Shown in pieces: positions 17,456 to 26,439 of a stretch of 41,163 nucleotides of DNA. Position numbers and translations under genes: made by a program. The first letter of the stretch is position 1. The number at the start of each line of letters is the position of its first letter. A model generated the notes under the pieces. That model ran no database searches. It was not told the origin of the DNA and saw nothing but the letters and a program-made list of their open reading frames with translations. Origin of the DNA: a virus (lineage: Duplodnaviria; Caudoviricetes); IMG/VR virus record IMGVR_UViG_3300034357_000409, positions 1 to 41,163 of that record; one strand, written 5' to 3'.

Positions 17456-20416
17456 TTATCCAATACAAGTTGAGAAAATATCAATTTTCTGAGTTTTTTC
17501 ACTACATTTAACAATTAAATCTAATGTAAAATCTTCATTGGTTATTGTACGAGTTTCATTACCACTTGTCAATTCTGTATTTAAAGTTATAGTACTTTCC
17601 AAAGGAACAATTAAGTGAATTCGTATAGAATCACCATTATTAACAGTTAAATTTGACGTATAAAGATTAGAGTCAAAAGATTGATTAAATGAATATACCG
17701 TTACATCATTAACATAAATTTCACCCTGAGTGTTTGAATCCACACAGTTACTCCAATTTCTAATGTTAAAATCACATTTAGTGATTGACATCACTTCAAA
17801 ACCTTTAACATAATTATCACATTCTCCACAAGCGGTTTTTCCTTTACTATTACTAAATATTTTTCCAAACACCTCAGTGAAGTAATTACTATTATAGTAA
17901 GCATTATATTGATATATGTTTTGTAATTGTGATAAATTATCAGAAATATTAACCAATTCCCAACAAATACTATTTTTAGAATCAAAAATAACATTACCTA
18001 CAACATTGGTTGGTATTGCAGGAACCGGTTGAATTATAACATTATTTTGACTTTCATTTTTTGTTCCACATTGTAAATACACATAATACATAATCTTAGT
18101 TGATGGTGTTGGAGTCATTGTTGGAGTTGTCGTTGGTGTCATTGTTGGTGTTGTCGTTGGTGTTGTCGTTGGTGTTTTAGTTACAGTAGGTGTAGGTGTT
18201 GGCGATAATCCAGGCGTTTGTGTAACTGTTGGTGTAACAGTGTTTGTCGGGGTATTTGTAGGTGTTGGTGTTAGTACAGGACAAACACATTCTATCACAT
18301 AGTCGATTCTCATAACAACACTAATCTCAGAATTAGATACTGAAGTGTCTTCATTATTTGACTCAACAACAATTGTATTAGTAGTTGAGTTAATACTAAC
18401 TGAACCTATTGATGGTATAGATTCTAATAATGTTTGAATTGTGTTATACCATAATTCATCCGAAGGATAATCTAACAATCCCGTACTATTATAAAAAACA
18501 CTTGAAGTAGTATAAATACCCACATAAACAAAAACCTGAAAAGTTGCCGCACTTAATACACAATTAGTATTTCCGGGAGAATCCAATATAATTTGATTAT
18601 ACCCCTCATTTAACAATTGTTTAGGTGTTGACTCAACAAATATTGGTTGATTAAACTGATTTGAACTTCCAACATTAAAATACCCTGTTGAACCATATTT
18701 AGAACTACCTACAATAGATATTTTTTTTGATTTAGAACATCCGTTATTATCAACAACTCTAAGAGAATAATCACCAATTGATAAATTATTAACAGTTAAA
18801 CCAGTCTGACCACCAACATTACCACTCCAATATAATGTAAATGGGGGTTGACCGTTTGTGATATAAGCAGTTATTGACCCATCATTATCTAACGAATTAG
18901 TTGACAATAAATGAAAATCAACAGTGTTTGAATTATCAATTGTGAATACTTGTGATTGTTTACATGATAATGAATCAGTCACACTACCTATATAATTTCC
19001 GGAAAATAAATTATTAAAAGTATATGATGTTAATGATGTTATTATTGACGACCCATTAATCTCATACAGGTATGGTGAGGTACCACCGGTTGTAATTTGT
19101 AAAGTCACACTACCGTTATTACTATTACAAGTAGTACCTGTTGGTAACACAATTAAATCAAATAAAATAGTATTATTTATTGTGTAATCATCACTGAAAA
19201 CACAATCACCACTATCCGTAATTGTCAAATTATATGTACCATCAGATAATCCATCAAAAACCCAATTAGATTCATATTTTGTAACAGAATTAACACCACC
19301 TAATGAATCAGTAAGCGTATATGTATATGGTGAGGTACCACCTTGTACATTTATTGGCCCAATTTTTCCTGAAAAGTTATTACATACTGAATTGGTAACA
19401 CCAACAGATATTGACGACATACCTCTTGGTGTTAATAATACAGGTGATGTTGTAAAACTACATAATCCACCATCAACAACTTGAATTGTAAAGGTTCCTG
19501 GCCCCAATCCGGTAAATGTCACATCTCTATCAAACGTAATATTTGAAACACCATTCGCCCCTAAAACATAAAAAGGTGGTGTACCACCGGTAATTATTAT
19601 TCTAATTTCCCCATCAGGAGTGAAACAATTTGGTTGAGTAAAAAAAGTAGCACCCACCCCAACCGGACTTATATCGTTTATAACGGCTGATTGACTTAGT
19701 GAACAATTACTATTATCCGTTACAGTAACACTATAAGTGCCCGCAGTAATACCTGTTATGTTATCTCCAATACCACCATTTGACCATAAATACGTGTATG
19801 GGGGTGTTCCTGTCAAACCCGTAATGATTATTTTACCGGAAGTTATAGAACAACCCGCGTTATCAACTTTATAAAACCCGTATGAAAGATTTGAGGATTC
19901 TTTAATTATCACACTCTCTGACTTTCCAGTACACCCACCACCATCATTAGCAACAACATAATAAGTACCATAGGACAAACCATCAAAAAAACACACCCCA
20001 TTGTTTACCGTAAATGACTTAATTAAACCCGTAACTGAATTATATAAGTCAAACGTAGCTTGACCGTAATAATTTGATGTCGTAGCCGTTAACATACCAT
20101 TATTAGAATCACATATCGTGTCCTTAATATTTGTTATTGAGACATTAGTTCCTCTTGAGATATAAATATTAACCGGTACAAAGGTATTTGTTGGGGCACA
20201 ACTATCTATTATGTTAAATACGTATGTTCCGGCCGATAAATTTGTTTGGGTATAAGAGGTGACACCAACACCCAATGATGTAATACCTGTCGTTGGTGAT
20301 AACCACTGTATGGTATAGTCAGGTGCGGTCCCATCAATTTCAATAGTAAAAGCCCCTAAATTTGTGTTACTACAATCTCCGGTTATGCTTGATGTATATG
20401 ATAAAAAACAACTCAT
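17456..20416 (-). CDS. SprB-repeat putative virion fibre/adhesin (about 7 repeats, Pro/Thr linker, Cys module)
   Basis: Repeated C...G.I...GGT.PY.Y.W...GL..GTY...V.D...C units. No signal peptide or T9SS C-terminal domain evident. Confidence 0.78.
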   Translation of the reverse strand: MSCFLSYTSSITGDCSNTNLGAFTIEIDGTAPDYTIQWLSPTTGITSLGVGVTSYTQTNLSAGTYVFNIIDSCAPTNTFVPVNIYISRGTNVSITNIKDTICDSNNGMLTATTSNYYGQATFDLYNSVTGLIKSFTVNNGVCFFDGLSYGTYYVVANDGGGCTGKSESVIIKESSNLSYGFYKVDNAGCSITSGKIIITGLTGTPPYTYLWSNGGIGDNITGITAGTYSVTVTDNSNCSLSQSAVINDISPVGVGATFFTQPNCFTPDGEIRIIITGGTPPFYVLGANGVSNITFDRDVTFTGLGPGTFTIQVVDGGLCSFTTSPVLLTPRGMSSISVGVTNSVCNNFSGKIGPINVQGGTSPYTYTLTDSLGGVNSVTKYESNWVFDGLSDGTYNLTITDSGDCVFSDDYTINNTILFDLIVLPTGTTCNSNNGSVTLQITTGGTSPYLYEINGSSIITSLTSYTFNNLFSGNYIGSVTDSLSCKQSQVFTIDNSNTVDFHLLSTNSLDNDGSITAYITNGQPPFTLYWSGNVGGQTGLTVNNLSIGDYSLRVVDNNGCSKSKKISIVGSSKYGSTGYFNVGSSNQFNQPIFVESTPKQLLNEGYNQIILDSPGNTNCVLSAATFQVFVYVGIYTTSSVFYNSTGLLDYPSDELWYNTIQTLLESIPSIGSVSINSTTNTIVVESNNEDTSVSNSEISVVMRIDYVIECVCPVLTPTPTNTPTNTVTPTVTQTPGLSPTPTPTVTKTPTTTPTTTPTMTPTTTPTMTPTPSTKIMYYVYLQCGTKNESQNNVIIQPVPAIPTNVVGNVIFDSKNSICWELVNISDNLSQLQNIYQYNAYYNSNYFTEVFGKIFSNSKGKTACGECDNYVKGFEVMSITKCDFNIRNWSNCVDSNTQGEIYVNDVTVYSFNQSFDSNLYTSNLTVNNGDSIRIHLIVPLESTITLNTELTSGNETRTITNEDFTLDLIVKCSEKTQKIDIFSTCIG
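18104..18271 (-). repeat. Pro/Thr low-complexity coding repeat
   Basis: (TPT[TNVM])n, including [11 protein letters not shown], which also occurs in the 5848 gene product. Confidence 0.85.
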
Positions 20417-20419
20417 TTA

Positions 20420-23400
20420 TTAATTTGTGCAAGATATTGTAAAGTTTATTCCGATATTTATCGTTATTTCTTCGTTTAAAGGTGCTTCAGAACAATTAGT
20501 ATTCCAAATTCTAATATTAACTGCGTTTGTATCTGAAATATCTGTAACGACATTATCAATTGTTTCGTATTGATAATCATAACCTAATGTGTTTAACTGA
20601 CTTAATGCAAAATTTAAAGATTCTGTCCAAGTACTTAAACAAGGTGTTGCGGGTAAACAACTTTTACCTTTATAATTATAATATCCAATACCAGTAAAGA
20701 AAGGGTATTGAAATGCGAATCCGTTTACATTTAAATCAATAAACCAATCACTATTTATTGTAGTTAAATCACAGTTATTATTTCCATTATTTTTTATCCA
20801 TTCATCAACCACATATTTTAAAACATTTGTAAATCCACCAAGTTCTTTACTTTGATTAGGGTATAAAGGACATATCACCGACTGAAATGAACAATCTTTT
20901 TGAAAAATACTTCCGGTGAATTTACCAGACACAATACTACTCAATTTACCACCCACTACACCTACACTATTATTAACAGGAATTAGTTCACAACCTCTTT
21001 GTCTTCTCCAAACAAATTTTTGTCTATGAAATATTGAATTTTCCATTTTAACACCTGTTGTCCAAATAGTTGTTGCCGGTACCATTTGTTCCACCAATCT
21101 AACCCAATAATCTCCCATACCATTTACATATTCAACCATAGTTTTATATGTGAAGTTATCGTTTTGAATACCAGCTAAAGACTCTGATTCTAAATAATTC
21201 CAATAGATTGATGAGAGAGTCGGGTAACCACCTGTTCCACCATCTGTACCAAATTGTCTATTTCTTACATTAATAGTATTCAACCAAAATGTTTGAGCAA
21301 ACTCAAAAAATGTTTTTTGATTAGGTCTAGGGTTAATCACAGTATTGTCAACACCAGCACTACCTTTATTTGGGTAAATTGTTGTAGGGTTTGGGTCACA
21401 ATATGTTGGTCTAACGTAACTTAACCCCTCATTTGGTATTGGGTAGTTAAATTTTCTTGACATATACCAAACATCATACGATAAACCTTGAGCAGGATTT
21501 AAATATAACTCAACATTTTTAACATTAATAACTAAATTTTCACTATCAGTGAAATAAAGAGCATTATATTGACCGTCTAAATTACTTCTAGTCCCAATCT
21601 CAGTATCAACCCAACTTTTATTATTATCAATTGCCTCTCTAATATTAAACCCTAAATTAGTATATGGGAATTTTTGATACATATTTAAGTATTCTTGACC
21701 ATAACTAAAGGGTGTTAATTTTGTTTGATAATTTGGGTTAGAACCTGTAAAAACACTATTAGTTAAATCAACCTCTTCAGGTGACCTGTGTTTAGGTGTA
21801 GATTCAAACCAACCACTACCCATTTGATAATAATAAGAATCACTATTAACCGGTGATGATGGATATCCCTCTCTATTAACAGGATAATCATTTGATGTTA
21901 ATACAACATCGTCTAATGATGTTACTGTTGTAAATCCAGTATAACCACTACCTTGTATCCTAAAAACATTTCCATCTTCTAATGTTGGAACTCTTCTTGA
22001 ATAAGTTCCCCCCGATATATTAGCATATTGTATGTCAAAATCTGACATATTAAGTTTTTGGTCCGCCAAATAAACATATTCGTTAAATTCTACTAAAGCC
22101 TCCGGAGCACCAATTAAACTCATTAAAGTTTCAATTGATTTTCTAGTTCCTTTTGATTTAAACAAATATGCAGAATTAAGAATTAAATTTTTATAATATT
22201 GGTAATTTAATTCATCAGGTGTTTGAGATTGTCCTACCCCACTATATTTCGATTTATCAACATTTTTTTGACCAAACACCGACCCTAAAAAATCATCGTT
22301 ACTTATTGGTGACATATTTGTCTCCCAACCTAATGTTTGTGATAAATTCTTTAATAATTGGGATGGTATATCATTACCTGTGTTATAATTAACAGAATTC
22401 ATATACGCCAAACTATTGATGAATTTTTTTGTTTCATCAAAACTCCTACCATATATTTGTAACACTTTTTCAATTTTTTGGTCTGAAGTATCAAACTCTT
22501 TAATAGAATCGGTTGTTAAAAATCTAGACACAAGATTTGTTTGATATCCATCAAAACTAACACTTACATTATTTAAAGTTGTTAAGTAAGATGTGAAAGA
22601 ATTAGTTAAAATATCTAAGTTCCAATTACCATATAACGGCCAAGTTATTTTTTTATTTTCAATATAAAAAGTTCCATCATCATTATCTCTTGGAACTTTG
22701 AATGTCGCAGTATAAACTGGCACCACATTTCTGTTTAATAAAAATCTTTGAACTTCATCAAATTTTTCATTAAAAACTTTATTTACTTCATAATCATTTG
22801 GTCTAATAACTAAATCATCATACGTTTCTGTTTTACCTGAAAAAACGTCACCTTTTAAATATATTTTAAGAACACCACTTGTTAATGAAGTTGTCGGATT
22901 AATGAATATAACATCATAACCATTTCCATTATTGTATAATGAATATTTTGAATATTGAGTCGTCATATTTCTCAACTCAGAAACCTGAACTTCTCTTAAT
23001 TCTAAATTTCTTGTCGCATTAACCGTAAAATCAATATCAAATGGATTACGTATTCTTGAAACATTTAATTCAATAGTTGTTTCATTTAATATTGGGTTAT
23101 AAATTATGTTTGTCGCAGTTGCCCCTGTTAAATAATTTTCATCCATTAATGTAACTTCCAAAGCCGCAGGAAATTGACTAATGATAGTTTCAACCGAAGT
23201 TGAAATACGTTTAACCATTGACCCATATGATGTAAAATTAGTAACTTGACTAACATCAAAATTAGGATAAACTTTAAAATTATTTTCAAAAATTGCTTTA
23301 GATTGAGCAATAGAATTAACACCTAAACCTTCTAAATTTATAGGATTTGAGAATACCCCCGTTGTAAAAGTTCTATTTGTTTTTTCCGTTACACTAGTCG

Positions 23401-23524
23401 AAAATTCAAAATTACCTTGCGTAAGACCTCCACCAGTAACAAGTTGGAAACCAACTAAATTATCGGAAAATGTACCAGAACCGGACGCTGTCTGTGGGGG
23501 ACAAGTAAATTTTTCTGTAGCCAT
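20420..23524 (-). CDS. Baseplate wedge protein (T4 gp7 / P2 gpI-like domain)
   Basis: LL..L...LGW...Y.NLILN..YLFKSKGTRKSIE.L..LIG..V...EY pattern; located in the baseplate block. Confidence 0.7.
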   Translation of the reverse strand: MATEKFTCPPQTASGSGTFSDNLVGFQLVTGGGLTQGNFEFSTSVTEKTNRTFTTGVFSNPINLEGLGVNSIAQSKAIFENNFKVYPNFDVSQVTNFTSYGSMVKRISTSVETIISQFPAALEVTLMDENYLTGATATNIIYNPILNETTIELNVSRIRNPFDIDFTVNATRNLELREVQVSELRNMTTQYSKYSLYNNGNGYDVIFINPTTSLTSGVLKIYLKGDVFSGKTETYDDLVIRPNDYEVNKVFNEKFDEVQRFLLNRNVVPVYTATFKVPRDNDDGTFYIENKKITWPLYGNWNLDILTNSFTSYLTTLNNVSVSFDGYQTNLVSRFLTTDSIKEFDTSDQKIEKVLQIYGRSFDETKKFINSLAYMNSVNYNTGNDIPSQLLKNLSQTLGWETNMSPISNDDFLGSVFGQKNVDKSKYSGVGQSQTPDELNYQYYKNLILNSAYLFKSKGTRKSIETLMSLIGAPEALVEFNEYVYLADQKLNMSDFDIQYANISGGTYSRRVPTLEDGNVFRIQGSGYTGFTTVTSLDDVVLTSNDYPVNREGYPSSPVNSDSYYYQMGSGWFESTPKHRSPEEVDLTNSVFTGSNPNYQTKLTPFSYGQEYLNMYQKFPYTNLGFNIREAIDNNKSWVDTEIGTRSNLDGQYNALYFTDSENLVINVKNVELYLNPAQGLSYDVWYMSRKFNYPIPNEGLSYVRPTYCDPNPTTIYPNKGSAGVDNTVINPRPNQKTFFEFAQTFWLNTINVRNRQFGTDGGTGGYPTLSSIYWNYLESESLAGIQNDNFTYKTMVEYVNGMGDYWVRLVEQMVPATTIWTTGVKMENSIFHRQKFVWRRQRGCELIPVNNSVGVVGGKLSSIVSGKFTGSIFQKDCSFQSVICPLYPNQSKELGGFTNVLKYVVDEWIKNNGNNNCDLTTINSDWFIDLNVNGFAFQYPFFTGIGYYNYKGKSCLPATPCLSTWTESLNFALSQLNTLGYDYQYETIDNVVTDISDTNAVNIRIWNTNCSEAPLNEEITINIGINFTISCTN

Positions 23525-24435
23525 TATTGCGTTATATTTGTAAAGTTTTTACTGAAATCTATATTATCACCTCTATCTTGTCTAACCTCATATAATAACT
23601 CGTTAAATTGGTCTCTAATTTCATATAAGTTGTATTGTTTGTATATGTTATTAGCATTGTCGTATAATGTGTAGATACCATCATCAATAGATTTGGTTTG
23701 ATTACCATATAATGCAATTGCCAATGTTGAGAAATCGTGCTCCGCAATTTCAATATCCAAAGTAATTGGATTAAAAAATGTATTAGTAATAATTACATCT
23801 TGATTTGGTTGTCCAATATATGGTGTAGCGTTTGGCTTATTTGTTGGTGCAGAAGATGGTGATAACGTACAGAATAATAAATTAGTATTATTATCTGAGT
23901 ATCTATATCTAATCGCCTTTTGTGATGAGTTTGTTAAATTTTGTACAACCGGTTCACAAAAGAATGATGAGGTAATAATTCTGAAAAAATTGGGTATTTT
24001 AGTCCCATCAGAATTTAAATATTCAATTCTAAAACCAACTAAACCTTGACTAACAAATTTGTTTCTATAATTATTCGGTACCGAATTTAAATCAAATATT
24101 AAACCTTTTACGTTTGGTAAAGAACTTAAAACACCACAATCTAATATAGTTGTTCTAATTTGCGCCGGTCTAACGAAAATTGTATAAATTCCAATTTTAT
24201 TAAATTGTTCCGCTGGTAATTTTAAATTATATAACCCACCTAATATCTCAACACCATTATTAATACCATTAGTGTCAGTATTATTATAATAAGGTCTTAA
24301 TATTGATAAAGAATCTAACTTTGTTAATACAAAATTATCCGTCTCATCTCTTGTTGGAGTATAATTTAAAATTATCTCTACGTCTTCCGGACTTACGTCA
24401 GCCGGTCTTATAGTTCCATATGTTCCTGTAGCCAT
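23524..24435 (-). CDS. Conserved putative baseplate-associated structural protein (303 aa)
   Basis: Translationally coupled within the baseplate operon; no catalytic motif. Confidence 0.65.
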   Translation of the reverse strand: MATGTYGTIRPADVSPEDVEIILNYTPTRDETDNFVLTKLDSLSILRPYYNNTDTNGINNGVEILGGLYNLKLPAEQFNKIGIYTIFVRPAQIRTTILDCGVLSSLPNVKGLIFDLNSVPNNYRNKFVSQGLVGFRIEYLNSDGTKIPNFFRIITSSFFCEPVVQNLTNSSQKAIRYRYSDNNTNLLFCTLSPSSAPTNKPNATPYIGQPNQDVIITNTFFNPITLDIEIAEHDFSTLAIALYGNQTKSIDDGIYTLYDNANNIYKQYNLYEIRDQFNELLYEVRQDRGDNIDFSKNFTNITQ

Positions 24436-24436
24436 A

Positions 24437-25609
24437 TTATGTTGTGTTTATCACATTAAAAAATTTATACCCGTATTTCTCTAAGTCTCCAATATTATCA
24501 ACTTCACCCAATCTTTCAATACGTTCAAGTGCCGAGTTCTTACCCCTTTCAATAAATATGTTGGATTGCACTTCCGGCTCATCAATTATTCCTAATAATA
24601 ATTCATTTTTCACTATTGGTTGACAAACCACCATATCGGACGTTAAACCGGAAGAATAAACAACAAATAATGTTGTTCCATCTGGATAATCATAGTAGTC
24701 AATATCATTTATTGTATAAGCGGTATATAATCCATTATTACTAACACCACTATATATTCCAATAGCCCCGGTATTACCTGTAACCGATACTCCCGGTTTA
24801 TACGGTGTTCCCCCATATTGTTTTAAATCTCGTAATGATGATTGTGTATATCCCGTTATTAAAAACGGTATTGATGTTCCTGTGAATGGAAAAAAATTAC
24901 CTGTATTAAATAATCTTATATCATCAACCGTTGAATTACAGTTAGCATCACCACTGAAGATGTAATCATATGAAAAAGATGTTGCTGACCAATTACCCCC
25001 TGCCGGTGTGAATGTGGCAGTACCTCTTGGATTATCAATTGTTACACCCGTGAATGGTATATTTACTGTTTTACGTATTTTATTTGTTCCCCAAGGACTA
25101 ACACCTGTTAAAGTAATTATTTGTGTACCAGAAAACTGATACGTATGACATATAGGTATTGTATTAAAAGGCCCAAAAGTTCCATCACCCCAATCAATAA
25201 AATAATTAGAGAATTCCAAATACTTTTTAAACTCAGTATCCGAAGTATTATAAACACAAAAATTATAGTTGTTACCGGTAAATATAAAATTCAACATAGT
25301 ATCCTGTTGTAACACCATCCCATCAAATATTGAGTAATACCCAATATCATTAACATTTTCAGTTAATAAAATTGGAATGGTTAACCCTGTTAATAATGAT
25401 GAACCATTTGTTCCACCCGATAAAATATCTGTCATTGACGAATAAACATACGTTGACCCGGTTATCTTAATCTCAATTTCTTCCGGAACTAATACACAAC
25501 ATTGAGTAACGAAGTTAACACCTGTAATACTTGTAAATAAATTTACTTTTCTTATATCTCCATTGATTACTTCAGGAGATATTCTTATTCTATAATCTCT
25601 CTCTGTCAT
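24437..25609 (-). CDS. Putative structural protein with PKD-like domain
   Basis: YFIDWGDG...HTY...GTQIITLTG PKD signature. Confidence 0.68.
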   Translation of the reverse strand: MTERDYRIRISPEVINGDIRKVNLFTSITGVNFVTQCCVLVPEEIEIKITGSTYVYSSMTDILSGGTNGSSLLTGLTIPILLTENVNDIGYYSIFDGMVLQQDTMLNFIFTGNNYNFCVYNTSDTEFKKYLEFSNYFIDWGDGTFGPFNTIPICHTYQFSGTQIITLTGVSPWGTNKIRKTVNIPFTGVTIDNPRGTATFTPAGGNWSATSFSYDYIFSGDANCNSTVDDIRLFNTGNFFPFTGTSIPFLITGYTQSSLRDLKQYGGTPYKPGVSVTGNTGAIGIYSGVSNNGLYTAYTINDIDYYDYPDGTTLFVVYSSGLTSDMVVCQPIVKNELLLGIIDEPEVQSNIFIERGKNSALERIERLGEVDNIGDLEKYGYKFFNVINTT

Positions 25610-26439
25610 TACGGATTCACATATTCATACCATTTTATGGAACTTGTAGTTCCTACTCTACCATTATCATCAAAAATTTGATATGTCTTTGTATTATAAT
25701 CTAAAATCACTTTATAATAAAAGAAATCTTCAGGATTAAACGTAAAAGGTGATGGTACAAAAGGTGGTATTTGAGGTTTATTCATCATTTTAACAAAAAT
25801 ACCTAATCTAGCATCAAAAAATTTAGCCGTCATATAAAACGTATTTAATCCATTGTAATAATCTTTATTTCTTAACCAGTACAGGAAAAAACCTTCTTTA
25901 TCTCCCACATAATCCAATTGAAATGATGGTATTTTTATTTGAACATCCGATAGTAATGATGATATCACACCATTAGCAGTAAACCCTTGTTGAACCGGTA
26001 TTATTACTGTAAAGTAATTTGTTTGACTAATAGTATCCTTGGTGTCATAAAAATCCAATTTAAAAAATGATTTTGTAAAAGGTTTTACATAATAATATAT
26101 TTCCGTAGTTAAGAACCCTTCAGGTATATAACTTCTAATCCAATTAGAAATTGTTGAGGTTGTAACCAAAGAAGACGGATTTACCGGTTCATTTCCATTA
26201 TCATCTGCAAAGAAATAAAAATCATATTTAATATCGGTTTTAGACCCATTATCATATGAATCGTGAGCAAATCTTAAAATTTCAAAATCACCCGGAAACC
26301 CAACAATCTCTTCAACAACATCTTCTTGATATTTCTCAATAGCATCATCCTGACCAATTAAATCCCATTTAATTTCTATTGGTATGTTGATATATTTGTC
26401 GTCACCCTTTGGTAGGGTAAATGTGTATTTATTATTCAC
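25609..26439 (-). CDS. Putative structural protein (276 aa)
   Basis: Coupled ORF in the baseplate operon; aromatic and beta-rich. Confidence 0.62.
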   Translation of the reverse strand: MNNKYTFTLPKGDDKYINIPIEIKWDLIGQDDAIEKYQEDVVEEIVGFPGDFEILRFAHDSYDNGSKTDIKYDFYFFADDNGNEPVNPSSLVTTSTISNWIRSYIPEGFLTTEIYYYVKPFTKSFFKLDFYDTKDTISQTNYFTVIIPVQQGFTANGVISSLLSDVQIKIPSFQLDYVGDKEGFFLYWLRNKDYYNGLNTFYMTAKFFDARLGIFVKMMNKPQIPPFVPSPFTFNPEDFFYYKVILDYNTKTYQIFDDNGRVGTTSSIKWYEYVNP

